A stretch of DNA of 64,000 nucleotides from Pseudomonadota bacterium (GTDB lineage Bacteria; Pseudomonadota; Gammaproteobacteria; SURF-13): positions 17,271 through 81,270 of the forward strand of contig JBGFRC010000024.1 in the NCBI GenBank assembly GCA_041695325.1. Reading direction: 5' to 3'. The translations under genes were made by a program, and so were the position numbers. The first letter of the stretch is position 1; every line of letters begins with the position of its first letter. Below are positions 35,736 through 46,699 of this stretch, piece by piece. The notes beneath the pieces were generated by a model. The model searched no databases. It was not told the DNA's origin and saw only the letters and a list, made by a program, of their open reading frames with translations.

Positions 35736-35763
35736 GAACCTCTGACTTACATCAGAGGTTCCT
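35736..35763. promoter_or_regulatory. perfect 11-bp-arm palindrome GGAACCTCTGA-cttaca-TCAGAGGTTCC in the kef/ampD divergent intergenic region
   Basis: Read directly from the sequence. A sister site GGAAACTCTGA-ataaa-TCAGAGTTTCC lies at 44573-44599, and related half-sites occur at 35626-35660 and 44456-44497. Confidence 0.5.
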
Positions 35764-35828
35764 TAAGGCAGTCAAATCCCATAATGCATTAACATAGCGC
35801 TGTTTGGCAAAATTCATTATAGAGAGAC

Positions 35829-36374
35829 ATGAAGATACATAACGGCTGGCTCACCGGCGCGCGCCGCGTGGCCTCCCCCAACTGCGACCCGCGCCCGGCG
35901 GATGCGGTGATTGATCTCCTGGTGATACACGGCATCAGCCTGCCACCCGGCGAGTTCGGCGGACCGCACATCGAGGCGCTGTTCACCAACACGCTCAACC
36001 CCGCCGCCCATCCTTATTTCGCCAAGGCGTGCACGGCGCCCGTGTCGGCGCACATGCTGATCCGGCGCGACGGCGAGCTGATCCAGTTTGTGCCGTTTCA
36101 CCAACGCGCCTGGCACGCGGGCGCATCCTGCTTTGAAAACCGCGCGCATTGTAATGATTTCTCCATCGGCGTTGAGCTGGAAGGCGCGGACGATTTGCCT
36201 TATGAGGACGCGCAATACCGGTCGCTGGCCGAGGTCACGCGCGCCCTGATGCGCCGCTATCCCGGCATCACGCCTGAGCGTATCGTGGGCCATTCGGATA
36301 TCGCGCCGGAACGCAAGACCGACCCCGGACCGCACTTTGACTGGCCGCGCCTGCGCGCGCTGCTGGCAAGCTGA
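35829..36374 (+). CDS. ampD: 1,6-anhydro-N-acetylmuramyl-L-alanine amidase AmpD
   Basis: 181-aa amidase_2 fold, with LVIHGISLPPGEFGG...AWHAG...GHSDIAP. Confidence 0.9.
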   Translation: MKIHNGWLTGARRVASPNCDPRPADAVIDLLVIHGISLPPGEFGGPHIEALFTNTLNPAAHPYFAKACTAPVSAHMLIRRDGELIQFVPFHQRAWHAGASCFENRAHCNDFSIGVELEGADDLPYEDAQYRSLAEVTRALMRRYPGITPERIVGHSDIAPERKTDPGPHFDWPRLRALLAS

Positions 36375-36451
36375 AAATACGGCTATGGACTTGGTGCAAG
36401 CAGCCGTCATCCTGTACACTTTAACATTGTGGAATTGAGACGGGACTTCCC

Positions 36452-37333
36452 ATGAACCTGCTTGCCATCCTGTTCGCCCTAGGCGCGGAAAAACTGTTCC
36501 CCGGCATCCAGGGCGCGCGGCGCTATGATTGGCTCACGGATTTCGGCAACCGGCTGCGCGAAAACCTGCCCAACGTAAGGCTGGGCGCGGCCTACGTGCT
36601 GCTCGCCATCGGTATTCCTGCGTTCGCGGTGGGCCTGGCGTATTGGCTGCTGAATCACACCCATATGCTGCTCGGCTTTGCCTTCAGCGTCGCGGTATTG
36701 CTGTATTGTCTCGGCCCCAGGAACCTGGACGACCAGATCCGGGTTTACCTGAAGGCGCGCGAGGCCGGAGAAACGGCGCGCGCGCACCAGGCCGCCACCG
36801 AAATACTGCACGAGGACATCCCTGTCACCAATTTTAACATCCCGCGCGCGGTGATCGAATCCATTCTGTTGCAGGCCAACGAGCGCCTGTTCGGGGTGCT
36901 GCTGTGGTTTGTGCTGCTAGGGCCCCTCGGTGCGCTGCTGTACCGGCTCGCCGCGGTGCTGAAAAGCGAGACGCGCACCGAGCGCACCACCAGCGATTTC
37001 GCCCGCGCGGCGCGCCGCCTGTACGCCATCCTCAACTGGCCCGCGGCGCGCCTGGTGGCGCTCGGCTACGCTGTGATCGGCAGCTTCGTGGACGCCCTCA
37101 CCGAATGGCGGAACGCCGCCGCCGAGTGGCGCGAGGGCTGGGAAGAATTCAACGCCAAACTCCTGGTGGCAAGCGGCCTGGGCGCGCTGCAGATCGAAAA
37201 CGGCGCCGCGCTGGAAAGCGACATGGAGATTCACCAGATCAAGGCCGCGCAGGCCTTGGTGTGGCGTTCCCTGGTCGCCTGGCTGGTGATCATCGCCCTG
37301 CTCACCCTGGCCGGCTGGGCGGGCATACGCTGA
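36452..37333 (+). CDS. ampE: AmpE membrane protein
   Basis: 293-aa membrane protein immediately downstream of ampD; the N-terminus MNLLAILFALGAEKLFPG is typical of AmpE. Confidence 0.8.
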   Translation: MNLLAILFALGAEKLFPGIQGARRYDWLTDFGNRLRENLPNVRLGAAYVLLAIGIPAFAVGLAYWLLNHTHMLLGFAFSVAVLLYCLGPRNLDDQIRVYLKAREAGETARAHQAATEILHEDIPVTNFNIPRAVIESILLQANERLFGVLLWFVLLGPLGALLYRLAAVLKSETRTERTTSDFARAARRLYAILNWPAARLVALGYAVIGSFVDALTEWRNAAAEWREGWEEFNAKLLVASGLGALQIENGAALESDMEIHQIKAAQALVWRSLVAWLVIIALLTLAGWAGIR

Positions 37334-37346
37334 TCGCCTTCGAATT

Positions 37347-37976
37347 GTGAGTAGCTGTATTGTGGACTTGCTGCGCCACGGCGAACCCGTGGGCGGGGCA
37401 GGGCGTTACCGCGGACAGCTGGACGACCCCTTGAGCGAACTGGGTTGGCGCCAGATGTGGCGGGCCGTAGACGGCCATTCCTCCTGGCACCACATCCTGA
37501 CCTCCCCGCTCAAGCGCTGTCGCGACTTCGCGCGCGCGCTGAGTGAGCGGCATGGCGTCGCGCTGAGCGAGGACGAACGTCTCCAGGAAATCGGCTTCGG
37601 CGCCTGGGAGGGCAAAACCCGCGAGGAGCTGCGCCGCACCGACCACAGCCTGTTCACGCGCTTTTATGAAAATCCACTCGCCCACCGTCCGCCCGGCGCG
37701 GAGCCGCTGCTTGGATTTTATCAACGCGTGAGCGCGGCCTGGGAGGCGTGCCTGGCGCAGCACTCCAACCGGCGCGTGTTGCTCATTGCGCACGCGGGCG
37801 TGGTGCGCGCCATCCTGTGCCGGGTGCTGGAGATCCCGCTGAAAAACATGCATCAGATCGAGGTGCGCCATGCCGCGCTCTCGCGCATCGAACACAAAGA
37901 CGGGCGCACCAGCCTGGTGTTTCATGGCGGCGCGCCGCAAGACGCGGTCCAAAGACGGGGCGCCGCACATGGCTGA
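37347..37976 (+). CDS. histidine phosphatase family protein (phosphoglycerate-mutase-like / CobC-like)
   Basis: 209 aa with the RHGE catalytic motif near the N-terminus (LLRHGEPVGG). Confidence 0.7.
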   Translation: MSSCIVDLLRHGEPVGGAGRYRGQLDDPLSELGWRQMWRAVDGHSSWHHILTSPLKRCRDFARALSERHGVALSEDERLQEIGFGAWEGKTREELRRTDHSLFTRFYENPLAHRPPGAEPLLGFYQRVSAAWEACLAQHSNRRVLLIAHAGVVRAILCRVLEIPLKNMHQIEVRHAALSRIEHKDGRTSLVFHGGAPQDAVQRRGAAHG

Positions 37977-39336
37977 ACCCCTGCGCGCCCTTACGCCGCC
38001 GGCCTGGAACAGCGCAAGCCTCGCCACGATCATCGAGGATGCGCTCAAGGCCGCGCGCGCGCAGGGAGCGAGCGCGGCCGAGGCGGCGGTGAGCGCCGAC
38101 AGCGGGCTCTCGGTCACGGTGCGCATGGGCGAGGTGGAAACCGTCGAGCACCAGCGCGACAAGGGCCTCAGCGTGACGGTATATTTCGACCGGCGCCAAG
38201 GTTCGGCCAGCAGCACCGATTTCAGCGCCAAGGCGATACAGGACACGGTGCGCGCGGCCTGCAACATCGCGCGCTATACCGCCGAGGATGAGTGCGCGGG
38301 CCTGGCCGACGCCGAACGGATGGCGCGCGAGGTTCCCGATCTCGCCCTGCATTACCCGTGGCCGCTCAGCGCGGAACAGGCCATCGCCCTGGCGCGTGAG
38401 GCGGAAGACGCGGGCCGGGCTCACGATAAGCGCATCACCAACTCGGAGGGCGCGAGCGTGGCAAGTCACGACGGCGTGTACGCCTACGGCAACACGCACG
38501 GCTTCCTGGGCAGCTATGCGAGCAGCCGCCACAGCGTGAGCTGCACCCTGATCGGCCAGGAAGGCGACAGCCTGCAGCGCGATTACTGGTACAGCGTGGC
38601 GCGCGATCAGCATGATCTGGAACCGCCCGCCGCCATCGGCCGGCGCGCCGCGGAGCGCGCCGTGCGCCGCCTGCACGCGCGCCGCCTGTCCACGCGCACC
38701 GCGCCGGTGCTGTTCGAGGCGCAGGCCGCCACCGGCCTGCTTGGCCACCTGGTAAGCGCGCTGCGCGGCGCCAGCCTATATCGCAAGGCCTCGTTCCTGC
38801 TCGACCATCTCGGCAAACAAATCTTTCCTTCCTTCGTGCACCTGCACGAGCAGCCGCACTTGAAAAAGGCCCTGGGCAGCGCGCCGTTCGACAACGAGGG
38901 TGTGGCCACGCGCGCGCGCGACCTGGTGACGGGCGGCGTGCTGCAAGGCTACGTGCTGGACAGCTATTCCGCGCGCAAGCTCGGCATGCAGACAACCGGC
39001 AATGCGGGCGGCGTGCACAATCTGAGCCTCGACCCCGGTCCTGATGATCTCCCCGGCCTGCTGCGCCTCATGGACACCGGGCTCCTGGTGACCGAACTGC
39101 TGGGCTTTGGCGTCAACATCGTCACCGGCGACTACTCGCGTGGCGCGGCGGGCTTCTGGGTGGAGCGCGGCGAGATCCAATATCCGGTGGAAGAAATCAC
39201 CATCGCCGGAAATCTGCGCGACATGTTCCTGCGCCTTGAGCGCGCGGGCAAGGACATCGAAACGCGCGGCAACATCCGCACCGGCTCGCTGTTGATAGCA
39301 GGCATGATCATCGCGGGCGATAATGCCCCGATTTGA
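37969..39336 (+). CDS. pmbA: metalloprotease PmbA/TldE
   Basis: Start MAEPLRALTPPAWNS within ORF 37870..39336; a TldD/PmbA-family protein of about 455 aa. Confidence 0.88.
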   Translation: MAEPLRALTPPAWNSASLATIIEDALKAARAQGASAAEAAVSADSGLSVTVRMGEVETVEHQRDKGLSVTVYFDRRQGSASSTDFSAKAIQDTVRAACNIARYTAEDECAGLADAERMAREVPDLALHYPWPLSAEQAIALAREAEDAGRAHDKRITNSEGASVASHDGVYAYGNTHGFLGSYASSRHSVSCTLIGQEGDSLQRDYWYSVARDQHDLEPPAAIGRRAAERAVRRLHARRLSTRTAPVLFEAQAATGLLGHLVSALRGASLYRKASFLLDHLGKQIFPSFVHLHEQPHLKKALGSAPFDNEGVATRARDLVTGGVLQGYVLDSYSARKLGMQTTGNAGGVHNLSLDPGPDDLPGLLRLMDTGLLVTELLGFGVNIVTGDYSRGAAGFWVERGEIQYPVEEITIAGNLRDMFLRLERAGKDIETRGNIRTGSLLIAGMIIAGDNAPI

Positions 39337-39392
39337 CGCCGGAAACGGCCTCAACGATACTTAAGCATTTCACCCCACTTTTGCAAAAAATG

Positions 39393-40217
39393 GATCAGAC
39401 GCCAGCCTCCCAACAGCGCGACCCCGTGGTGCAAATCCGCGGTCTCACATTCAGGCGCGGCGCGCGCGCGATCTTCGACAACGTGGACCTCGACATCGAG
39501 CGCGGCAAGATCACCGCCATCATGGGGCCGAGCGGCACCGGCAAGACCACCCTGCTGCGCCTGATCGGCGGCCAGTTGCGCCCGGACGCGGGCAGCATCA
39601 AGGTGTTCGGCCACGAGGTCGGCACGCTGTCGCGGCGCGAGCTGTTCGAGCTGCGCAAGCGCATCGGCATGCTGTTCCAGAGCAGCGCGCTGCTCACCGA
39701 CCTCAGCGTGTTCGACAACGTAGCCTTCCCCCTGCGCGAGCACACCGGGCTGCCCGAACACATGATCCGCGACCTGGTGCTGATCAAGCTCGAAGCCGTC
39801 GGCCTGCGCGGGGCGCGCGATCTCATGCCGAGCGAGCTCTCCGGCGGCATGGCGCGGCGCGTGGCGCTGGCCCGCGCCATCGCGTTGGATCCGATGATGA
39901 TCCTCTACGACGAGCCGTTCACCGGCCAAGACCCGATCTCCATGGGCACGCTGGCGCAGCTGATTCACGCCCTGAACGACACCCTGGGCCTGACCAGCGT
40001 CGTGGTGTCGCACGACGTGCACGAGACCTCCCTGATCGCCGATTACATCTACGTGGTGTCCGACGGTAAACTTATCGGCCAGGGCGCGCCGCAGGCGCTG
40101 GCCCGGTCGGATTCCCCGTGGGTGCGCCAGTTCATGGACGGCCTGCCGGACGGCCCGGTGCCGTTCCATTATCCGGCGCCGGACTACAGCGACGATTTAC
40201 TCAGTAACGGCGCTTAA
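39393..40217 (+). CDS. mlaF: phospholipid ABC transporter ATP-binding protein MlaF
   Basis: Start [21 protein letters not shown], with Walker [10 protein letters not shown] and the ABC signature [14 protein letters not shown]. Confidence 0.9.
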   Translation, partial: DQTPASQQRDPVVQIRGLTFRRGARAIFDNVDLDIERGKITAIMGPSGTGKTTLLRLIGGQLRPDAGSIKVFGHEVGTLSRRELFELRKRIGMLFQSSALLTDLSVFDNVAFPLREHTGLPEHMIRDLVLIKLEAVGLRGARDLMPSELSGGMARRVALARAIALDPMMILYDEPFTGQDPISMGTLAQLIHALNDTLGLTSVVVSHDVHETSLIADYIYVVSDGKLIGQGAPQALARSDSPWVRQFMDGLPDGPVPFHYPAPDYSDDLLSNGA

Positions 40218-40224
40218 CTGCACC

Positions 40225-41001
40225 ATGCTCGACACTTTGCAAACGCTGGGCCGCTGGGCGCTCAACATTGTCGAGCGCGCGGGGCGCGCCATGCTGTTTC
40301 TGATTCTCACGCTGCGCGGCCTCCCGCCCATACTCGCGCGCCCGCTGCTGGTGGTGCAGCAGATGCACGCGACGGGCGTGAGATCGCTGCTCATCATCGT
40401 GGTATCCGGTCTGTTCGTCGGCATGGTGCTGGGCTTGCAGGGCTACCACACCCTGGTGGACTTCGGCGCCGAGCAGACCCTGGGCGTGATGGTGGCCCTG
40501 GCCCTGGTGCGCGAACTGGGGCCGGTGATCTCGGCGCTGTTGTTCGCCGGGCGCGCCTGCTCCGCGCTCACCGCCGAGATCGGCCTGATGAAGGCCACCG
40601 AGCAGCTCTCCGCCATGGAGATGATGGCCACCGACCCGCTGTCGCGCGTGATCGCGCCGCGCCTGCTGGCGGGCTTTCTCGTCCTGCCGCTCTTGGCCGC
40701 GATCTTCAGCGCGGTGGGCGTGCTGGGCGGCTATTTCGTGGGTGTCGGGTTGCTCGGCGTGGACGACGGCGCGTTCTGGTCGCAGATGCAGGCGCGCGTG
40801 GACCCGGACGATATTTATAACGGCGTCATCAAAAGCGTGGTGTTCGGCTTCGTGACCACGTGGATCGCCGTGTTCCAGGGTTATGACGCTACCCCCACCT
40901 CGGAAGGCGTGAGCCGCGCCACCACCCACACCGTGGTGCACGGCTCGCTCGCGGTGCTGGGGCTGGATTTTGTATTAACCTCATTCATGTTTGGAGATTG
41001 A
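40225..41001 (+). CDS. mlaE: phospholipid ABC transporter permease MlaE
   Basis: 258-aa multi-TM permease of the MlaE/Ttg2B family. Confidence 0.9.
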   Translation: MLDTLQTLGRWALNIVERAGRAMLFLILTLRGLPPILARPLLVVQQMHATGVRSLLIIVVSGLFVGMVLGLQGYHTLVDFGAEQTLGVMVALALVRELGPVISALLFAGRACSALTAEIGLMKATEQLSAMEMMATDPLSRVIAPRLLAGFLVLPLLAAIFSAVGVLGGYFVGVGLLGVDDGAFWSQMQARVDPDDIYNGVIKSVVFGFVTTWIAVFQGYDATPTSEGVSRATTHTVVHGSLAVLGLDFVLTSFMFGD

Positions 41002-41002
41002 A

Positions 41003-41497
41003 ATGATCAAAACCAAGACCGTTGAGATCACCGTCGGCCTGTTCGTGATCCTGGGTTTCGCCGCGCTGTTTTACCTCGCCATGCAGGTGAGCAATCTGAG
41101 CGCCTTCGGCGTCACCCGCATGGACGGCTACGGCGTGACGGCGCGTTTTGAAAACATCGGCAGCCTCAAGGTGGGCGCGCCGGTGACCATCGCCGGGGTG
41201 CGCGTGGGGCGCGTCACCGCCATCGGCATAGACCATAAAACGCAGGAAGCGGCCGTGCATCTCACCATTTCCTCCGAGCACGACGACATCCCGCTCGACA
41301 CCACCGCGAGCATTCTTACCTCCGGGCTGCTGGGCGAACAATATGTGGGGTTGGAACCCGGCGGCGACGAAAACTCCTTGAAGGAAGGCGACGAGATCAA
41401 GCTCACCCAATCGGCCCTGGTGCTGGAAAAGATCATCAGTCAGGTGCTGTTCAGCAAGGCGGCCGAGGGGCCCGGCGAGAATCCGGCCAAGAAATAG
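41003..41497 (+). CDS. mlaD: MCE-domain phospholipid-binding protein MlaD
   Basis: Start MIKTKTVEITVGLFVILGFAALFYLA, an N-terminal TM followed by an MCE domain. Confidence 0.88.
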   Translation: MIKTKTVEITVGLFVILGFAALFYLAMQVSNLSAFGVTRMDGYGVTARFENIGSLKVGAPVTIAGVRVGRVTAIGIDHKTQEAAVHLTISSEHDDIPLDTTASILTSGLLGEQYVGLEPGGDENSLKEGDEIKLTQSALVLEKIISQVLFSKAAEGPGENPAKK

Positions 41498-41557
41498 ATT
41501 TGGCGCGTATTTTGCTGTAAAATCAGCAGTCATTCCGATCGGCGGTTATTCACTCAC

Positions 41558-42190
41558 ATGAAACGTCTGGCGTACTTATTCCTGGCGCTGTTCTGCGCCA
41601 GCAATGCAGTCTGGGCCATGGCCGAAGCGCCCGCTTCGGCCCAGGAGCTGGTGCAGAAACAAACCGAACTCCTGCTCAGCACATTCAAGGCCCAGCGCGA
41701 GCAAATCACCAAGGACCCGCAGCTCTTATACAAGCTGGCGGACGAGGTCGTGTTGCCGCATTTTGATTTCGAGAAGATGTCGAGCTGGGTGATAGGCAAA
41801 CACTGGCGCAGCGCGAGCCCGGAACAAAAGGCGCGCTTCGTGCAGGAATTCCGCACCCTGCTGGTGCGCACCTACGCCGTCGCCATGTACGAGTACACCG
41901 ACCAGCAGGTGGTCTATCTGCCCTCCCGGAGCGATCCGGCCGCCAAGGAGACCACGGTGAAAGCCGAGGTGCGCCAGTCCGGCGGCGCGCCGCCGATTTC
42001 GGTCAGCCTCGACCTTTATCTCAAGGACGGCGCGTGGAAGGTGTATGACGTGACCATCGAGGGCACCAGTCTAGTCACCACCTACCGCAGCAGCTACGCG
42101 ACTGAAATCCGCCAGTATGGCCTGGACAGCCTGATCGCCAAGCTTGCGGCACGCAACCAGCAGCACGTCAAGACCAGCACCAATCAATAA
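41558..42190 (+). CDS. mlaC: periplasmic phospholipid-binding protein MlaC (Ttg2D)
   Basis: 210 aa with a signal peptide; Tol_Tol_Ttg2 family. Confidence 0.88.
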   Translation: MKRLAYLFLALFCASNAVWAMAEAPASAQELVQKQTELLLSTFKAQREQITKDPQLLYKLADEVVLPHFDFEKMSSWVIGKHWRSASPEQKARFVQEFRTLLVRTYAVAMYEYTDQQVVYLPSRSDPAAKETTVKAEVRQSGGAPPISVSLDLYLKDGAWKVYDVTIEGTSLVTTYRSSYATEIRQYGLDSLIAKLAARNQQHVKTSTNQ

Positions 42191-42234
42191 CTTCAATCAA
42201 AAAGTAGAAAGTCAAGTTTTGACCGTAAGCTACA

Positions 42235-42543
42235 ATGAGTAGCCTCAAGCCCGACCCGAATCAGGCAGGACGCTACCTGCTGTCCGGCGAGCTCACCTTC
42301 ACCACCGTGCCCGCCGTGTATGAACAGGGCCACGCCATGTTCACCACCCCGACCACCACCCTCACCTTGCGCTTCATCAACGGTGCGGCGCGCACCGACA
42401 GCGCAGGCCTGGCGCTGCTGGTGGAATGGTTGCGCGAGGCACGCGAGCACGGCAAGACCCTGCGTTTTGAAAACATCCCCGCGCAGCTCAAGGACCTGGC
42501 GCGGGTCTCCGGTTTAGAGCGCGTGCTGCCGCTGGAAGGTTAG
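42235..42543 (+). CDS. mlaB: STAS-domain protein MlaB
   Basis: 102-aa STAS-domain protein at the end of the mla operon. Confidence 0.8.
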   Translation: MSSLKPDPNQAGRYLLSGELTFTTVPAVYEQGHAMFTTPTTTLTLRFINGAARTDSAGLALLVEWLREAREHGKTLRFENIPAQLKDLARVSGLERVLPLEG

Positions 42544-42691
42544 CAGGGTGTTGAGAAACAGCCTGCGTGCGGTGCAGGGAGGCACCGCCATTTTTCAAAC
42601 ACGGAAGTGTTTGAAAAATGAAGCAAAGCAAAAATCGCATTTTTGCTTTGCGTGGTTGATAAAGTCCAGGATGGATTTTATCAACACCCTG
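42544..42691. mobile_element. MITE copy 1 (about 148 bp), inserted immediately after the mlaB TAG stop codon
   Basis: Terminal inverted repeats CAGGGTGTTGA(g/t)AAA and TTTATCAACACCCTG, with TTAG at both flanks (42540-43 and 42692-95). Two internal hairpins are present and there is no coding capacity. A second copy of about 90% identity lies at 53920-54081. Confidence 0.6.
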
Positions 42692-42772
42692 TTAGGGAGG
42701 TCAGATCAAGTTTTCTCACTTTGTCATTGCGAGCGGGACGCCCATAATGCCGCGCCCGGAGTAAACCTCGCG

Positions 42773-42850
42773 GTGAGCATCGGATTCCTGTTCGTGGTTT
42801 CGCTGCTCGCGGTATTCTTGCTGCACAAGGGTTACAAGCTGCGTCATTAA
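42773..42850 (+). CDS. putative 25-aa hydrophobic mini-protein upstream of, and overlapping, the ibaG start
   Basis: The GTG at 42773 gives VSIGFLFVVSLLAVFLLHKGYKLRH, a single TM helix plus a basic tail. Its stop TAA at 42848-50 lies one nt before the ibaG ATG. The same frame is open back into the MITE, which supplies an ATG at 42671. Confidence 0.25.
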   Translation: MSIGFLFVVSLLAVFLLHKGYKLRH

Positions 42851-42851
42851 C

Positions 42852-43091
42852 ATGGAAGCCGCCACTATCAAGCATATGATCGAACAGGGCCTTGCGGACT
42901 GTCGCGCCGAGGTGACGGGCGACGGCGCGCACTTTGATGCGATCATCGTCAGCCCGGCGTTCGCTGGCAAAAACTCCCTGGCGCGCCACCGCATGGTATA
43001 CGCGGCGCTGGGCGAGGCCATGCGCTCCGCCATTCACGCCTTGTCCATGCGCACCTATACGCCTGAAGAGTACGCGGCGCAGGCCGGATAA
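42852..43091 (+). CDS. ibaG: BolA-family protein IbaG
   Basis: 79-aa BolA fold, located between mlaB and murA as in E. coli and Pseudomonas. Confidence 0.85.
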   Translation: MEAATIKHMIEQGLADCRAEVTGDGAHFDAIIVSPAFAGKNSLARHRMVYAALGEAMRSAIHALSMRTYTPEEYAAQAG

Positions 43092-44360
<1,269 letters not shown>

Positions 44361-44361
44361 A

Positions 44362-44452
44362 CCAGAGAAAAGAGGCAAGAGAAAAGATACAAGTAAATAA
44401 AGCATCGGTCATTTTTTTACTTTTCTCTTGTCTCTTGCCTCTTTTCTCTTGC
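44362..44452. repeat. long imperfect inverted repeat (polypurine arm / polypyrimidine arm) after murA
   Basis: The arm agagaaaagaggcaagagaaaag pairs with cttttctcttgtctcttgcctcttttctct across an AT-rich loop. The pyrimidine arm resembles the hisA-hisF spacer at 49903-49940. Confidence 0.45.
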
Positions 44453-44572
44453 TAAGGAAGCTCTGAATAATTCCATCCAGGAATTATCAGAGCACGAAAA
44501 GCAAAAATGTGATTTTTACTTTTCTTCATTTTACAATCACATGCGTGATTGTAAAATGGCGGCACATCCATG

Positions 44573-44599
44573 TGCCGCAGGAAACTCTGAATAAATCAG
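44573..44599. promoter_or_regulatory. perfect palindrome GGAAACTCTGA-ataaa-TCAGAGTTTCC, 25 nt upstream of the hisG ATG
   Basis: Sister of the site at 35736-35763. Two further palindromes lie just upstream: ttttacaatcac-atgc-gtgattgtaaaa at 44519-44546 and gcggcacat-cc-atgtgccgc at 44558-44577. Confidence 0.5.
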
Positions 44600-44623
44600 A
44601 GTTTCCCTAATTAATTAGCTGAC

Positions 44624-45268
44624 ATGACCAATACCGCCCTGACTATTGCGCTGTCCAAAGGCCGCATCCTGCACGAGACGCTGCCGCTGCTCGCGCACGC
44701 CGGCGTCACGCCCGCCGAGGACGCGGACAAGAGCCGCAAGCTGATTCTCGCCACCGGCCGGCCGGATGTGAAGCTGCTCATCATACGCGCGGCGGACGTA
44801 CCCACCTACGTGGAATACGGCGCAGCTGATCTGGGCGTGGCGGGCAAGGACGTGCTGATGGAATACGACGGCGACGGCCTGTATGAACCGCTGGACCTGA
44901 AAATCGCGCGCTGCCGCATGATGGTGGCCGGTCTGCCCAATACGCAACCGTCCGGCGCGCGCCTGCGCGTCGCCACCAAATACGTCAACGTCACGCGGCG
45001 TTACTACGCCGAACGCGGCGAGCAAGTGGAGATCATCAAATTGTACGGTTCCATGGAGCTGGCGCCGCTGGTCGGCCTGGCCGAACGCATCGTGGACCTG
45101 GTGGACACCGGTGGCACGCTGAAGGCGAACGGCCTGGCGCCGCTGGAAACCATCGCCCACATCAGCGCGCGCTTGATCGTGAACAAGGCCGCCATGAAAA
45201 TGAAGCACGCGCGCATCAAGGCGCTCATCGCCAAAGTCGCCGAGGCGGTGGAAATTGAAAAAAGATAG
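44624..45268 (+). CDS. hisG: ATP phosphoribosyltransferase (short form)
   Basis: 214 aa, [15 protein letters not shown]...; the short HisG form that normally partners with HisZ. Confidence 0.93.
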   Translation: MTNTALTIALSKGRILHETLPLLAHAGVTPAEDADKSRKLILATGRPDVKLLIIRAADVPTYVEYGAADLGVAGKDVLMEYDGDGLYEPLDLKIARCRMMVAGLPNTQPSGARLRVATKYVNVTRRYYAERGEQVEIIKLYGSMELAPLVGLAERIVDLVDTGGTLKANGLAPLETIAHISARLIVNKAAMKMKHARIKALIAKVAEAVEIEKR

Positions 45269-45321
45269 GCGCGAATTCATTCGCACGCCGGCCGAATCAA
45301 TCCGGTCCTACGGATACTCCC

Positions 45322-46623
45322 ATGACTAATATCCTGCGACTCAACAGCATGGAACCCGGCTTCTGGGACAAGCTGGCACAACGCCTGGCCTGGGAGGAGG
45401 GCGTGGACGACGGCATCAGCGCCGGCGTGCGGGAGATCGTGCACGCGGTGCGCGCGCGCGGAGACGCGGCCCTGCTCGACTACACGCGTCGCTTTGATCG
45501 CGTCACGGCCTCTTCCGTCGCCGCGCTGGAGATTCCCAAGACGCGTCTTGCCCAGGCCCTGCAATCCCTCGCCGCCCCGCAGCGCGAGGCGCTGGAGACC
45601 GCCGCCACGCGCATCCATGATTATCACGCGCGGCAGAAGATCGAATCCTGGAGCTATCACGACAGCGACGGCACCTTGCTCGGCCAGCAGGTCACGCCCA
45701 TCGAACGCGCCGGGATGTACGTGCCGGGCGGCAAGGCGGCCTATCCTTCTTCGGTGTTGATGAACGCCATCCCGGCCAAGGTCGCGGGCGTGACGGAGCT
45801 CATCATGACCGTGCCCGCGCCGGACGGCGCGCTGAACGAACTGGTGCTGGCCGCCGCCAGCTTGGCGGAAGTGGATCGCGTGTTCACCGTGGGCGGGGCG
45901 CAGGCCATCGCCGCCCTGGCCTATGGCACCGAGACCCTGCCACGAGTGGACAAGATCGTCGGCCCAGGCAACATCTACGTCGCCACCGCCAAGCGCATGG
46001 TGTTCGGCGCGGTGGGCATAGACATGGTGGCCGGCCCGTCCGAGATATTGGTGCTGGCCGACGGCTCGGCCAACCCGGAGTGGGTTGCGATGGATTTATT
46101 CTCCCAAGCCGAGCATGACGAAGACGCGCGCGCCATGCTGGTGTCGCCCGATGCGGCCTTTCTCGGCCGGGTCGAGGCCGGCATTGCCCGGCTGCTGCCG
46201 GAAATGGAACGCGCGGCGACCATACGCGCGTCACTCGGCGCGCGCGCCGTGTTCATCCAGGTGCGCGATCTGGATCAAGCCGTGGAGGTGGCGAACTTCA
46301 TCGCGCCGGAGCATCTGGAGTTGGCGCTCGACCATCCCGAAACGCTCAGCAGCCGCATCCGCAATGCGGGCGCGATCTTCCTCGGCCACCACACGCCGGA
46401 GGCGATCGGCGATTACTGCGCCGGCCCGAACCACGTGCTGCCCACCTCGCGCACCGCGCGCTACAGCTCACCGCTCGGCGTGTACGATTTTCAGAAACGC
46501 ACCAGCCTGATTCAGTGCAGCGCCGCGAGCGCCGCGCGCCTCGGCCGGATCGCCTCCATCCTCGCGCGCGGCGAGGGTCTCACCGCGCATGCGCGTTCGG
46601 CGGAATATCGGATAAAACAGTAG
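45322..46623 (+). CDS. hisD: histidinol dehydrogenase
   Basis: 433-aa protein with the expected NAD- and Zn-binding motifs. Confidence 0.95.
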   Translation: MTNILRLNSMEPGFWDKLAQRLAWEEGVDDGISAGVREIVHAVRARGDAALLDYTRRFDRVTASSVAALEIPKTRLAQALQSLAAPQREALETAATRIHDYHARQKIESWSYHDSDGTLLGQQVTPIERAGMYVPGGKAAYPSSVLMNAIPAKVAGVTELIMTVPAPDGALNELVLAAASLAEVDRVFTVGGAQAIAALAYGTETLPRVDKIVGPGNIYVATAKRMVFGAVGIDMVAGPSEILVLADGSANPEWVAMDLFSQAEHDEDARAMLVSPDAAFLGRVEAGIARLLPEMERAATIRASLGARAVFIQVRDLDQAVEVANFIAPEHLELALDHPETLSSRIRNAGAIFLGHHTPEAIGDYCAGPNHVLPTSRTARYSSPLGVYDFQKRTSLIQCSAASAARLGRIASILARGEGLTAHARSAEYRIKQ

Positions 46624-46670
46624 CGAGTGGCGAGTAGCTAGAAAAAGGATGGGCGGAACGTGCTCTCCTC

Positions 46671-46699
46671 GCTACTAGCTACTAGCTACTAGCTACTAG
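46671..46699. repeat. heptanucleotide tandem repeat (GCTACTA)x4 in the hisD-hisC spacer
   Basis: The sequence gctactagctactagctactagctactag is read directly. It is preceded by a hairpin partner gagtagctag at 46632-46641. Confidence 0.8.

Noticed and set aside
42548-42850. 100-aa ORF (MLRNSLRAVQGG…) downstream of mlaB
   Set aside because: It is read almost entirely through the MITE copy. Only the last 25 codons, the hydrophobic mini-peptide, were kept as a low-confidence feature.
44400-44623. Possible histidine-operon leader peptide or attenuator upstream of hisG
   Set aside because: No short ORF with tandem His codons is present. The hairpins are better described as palindromic repeat/operator elements.
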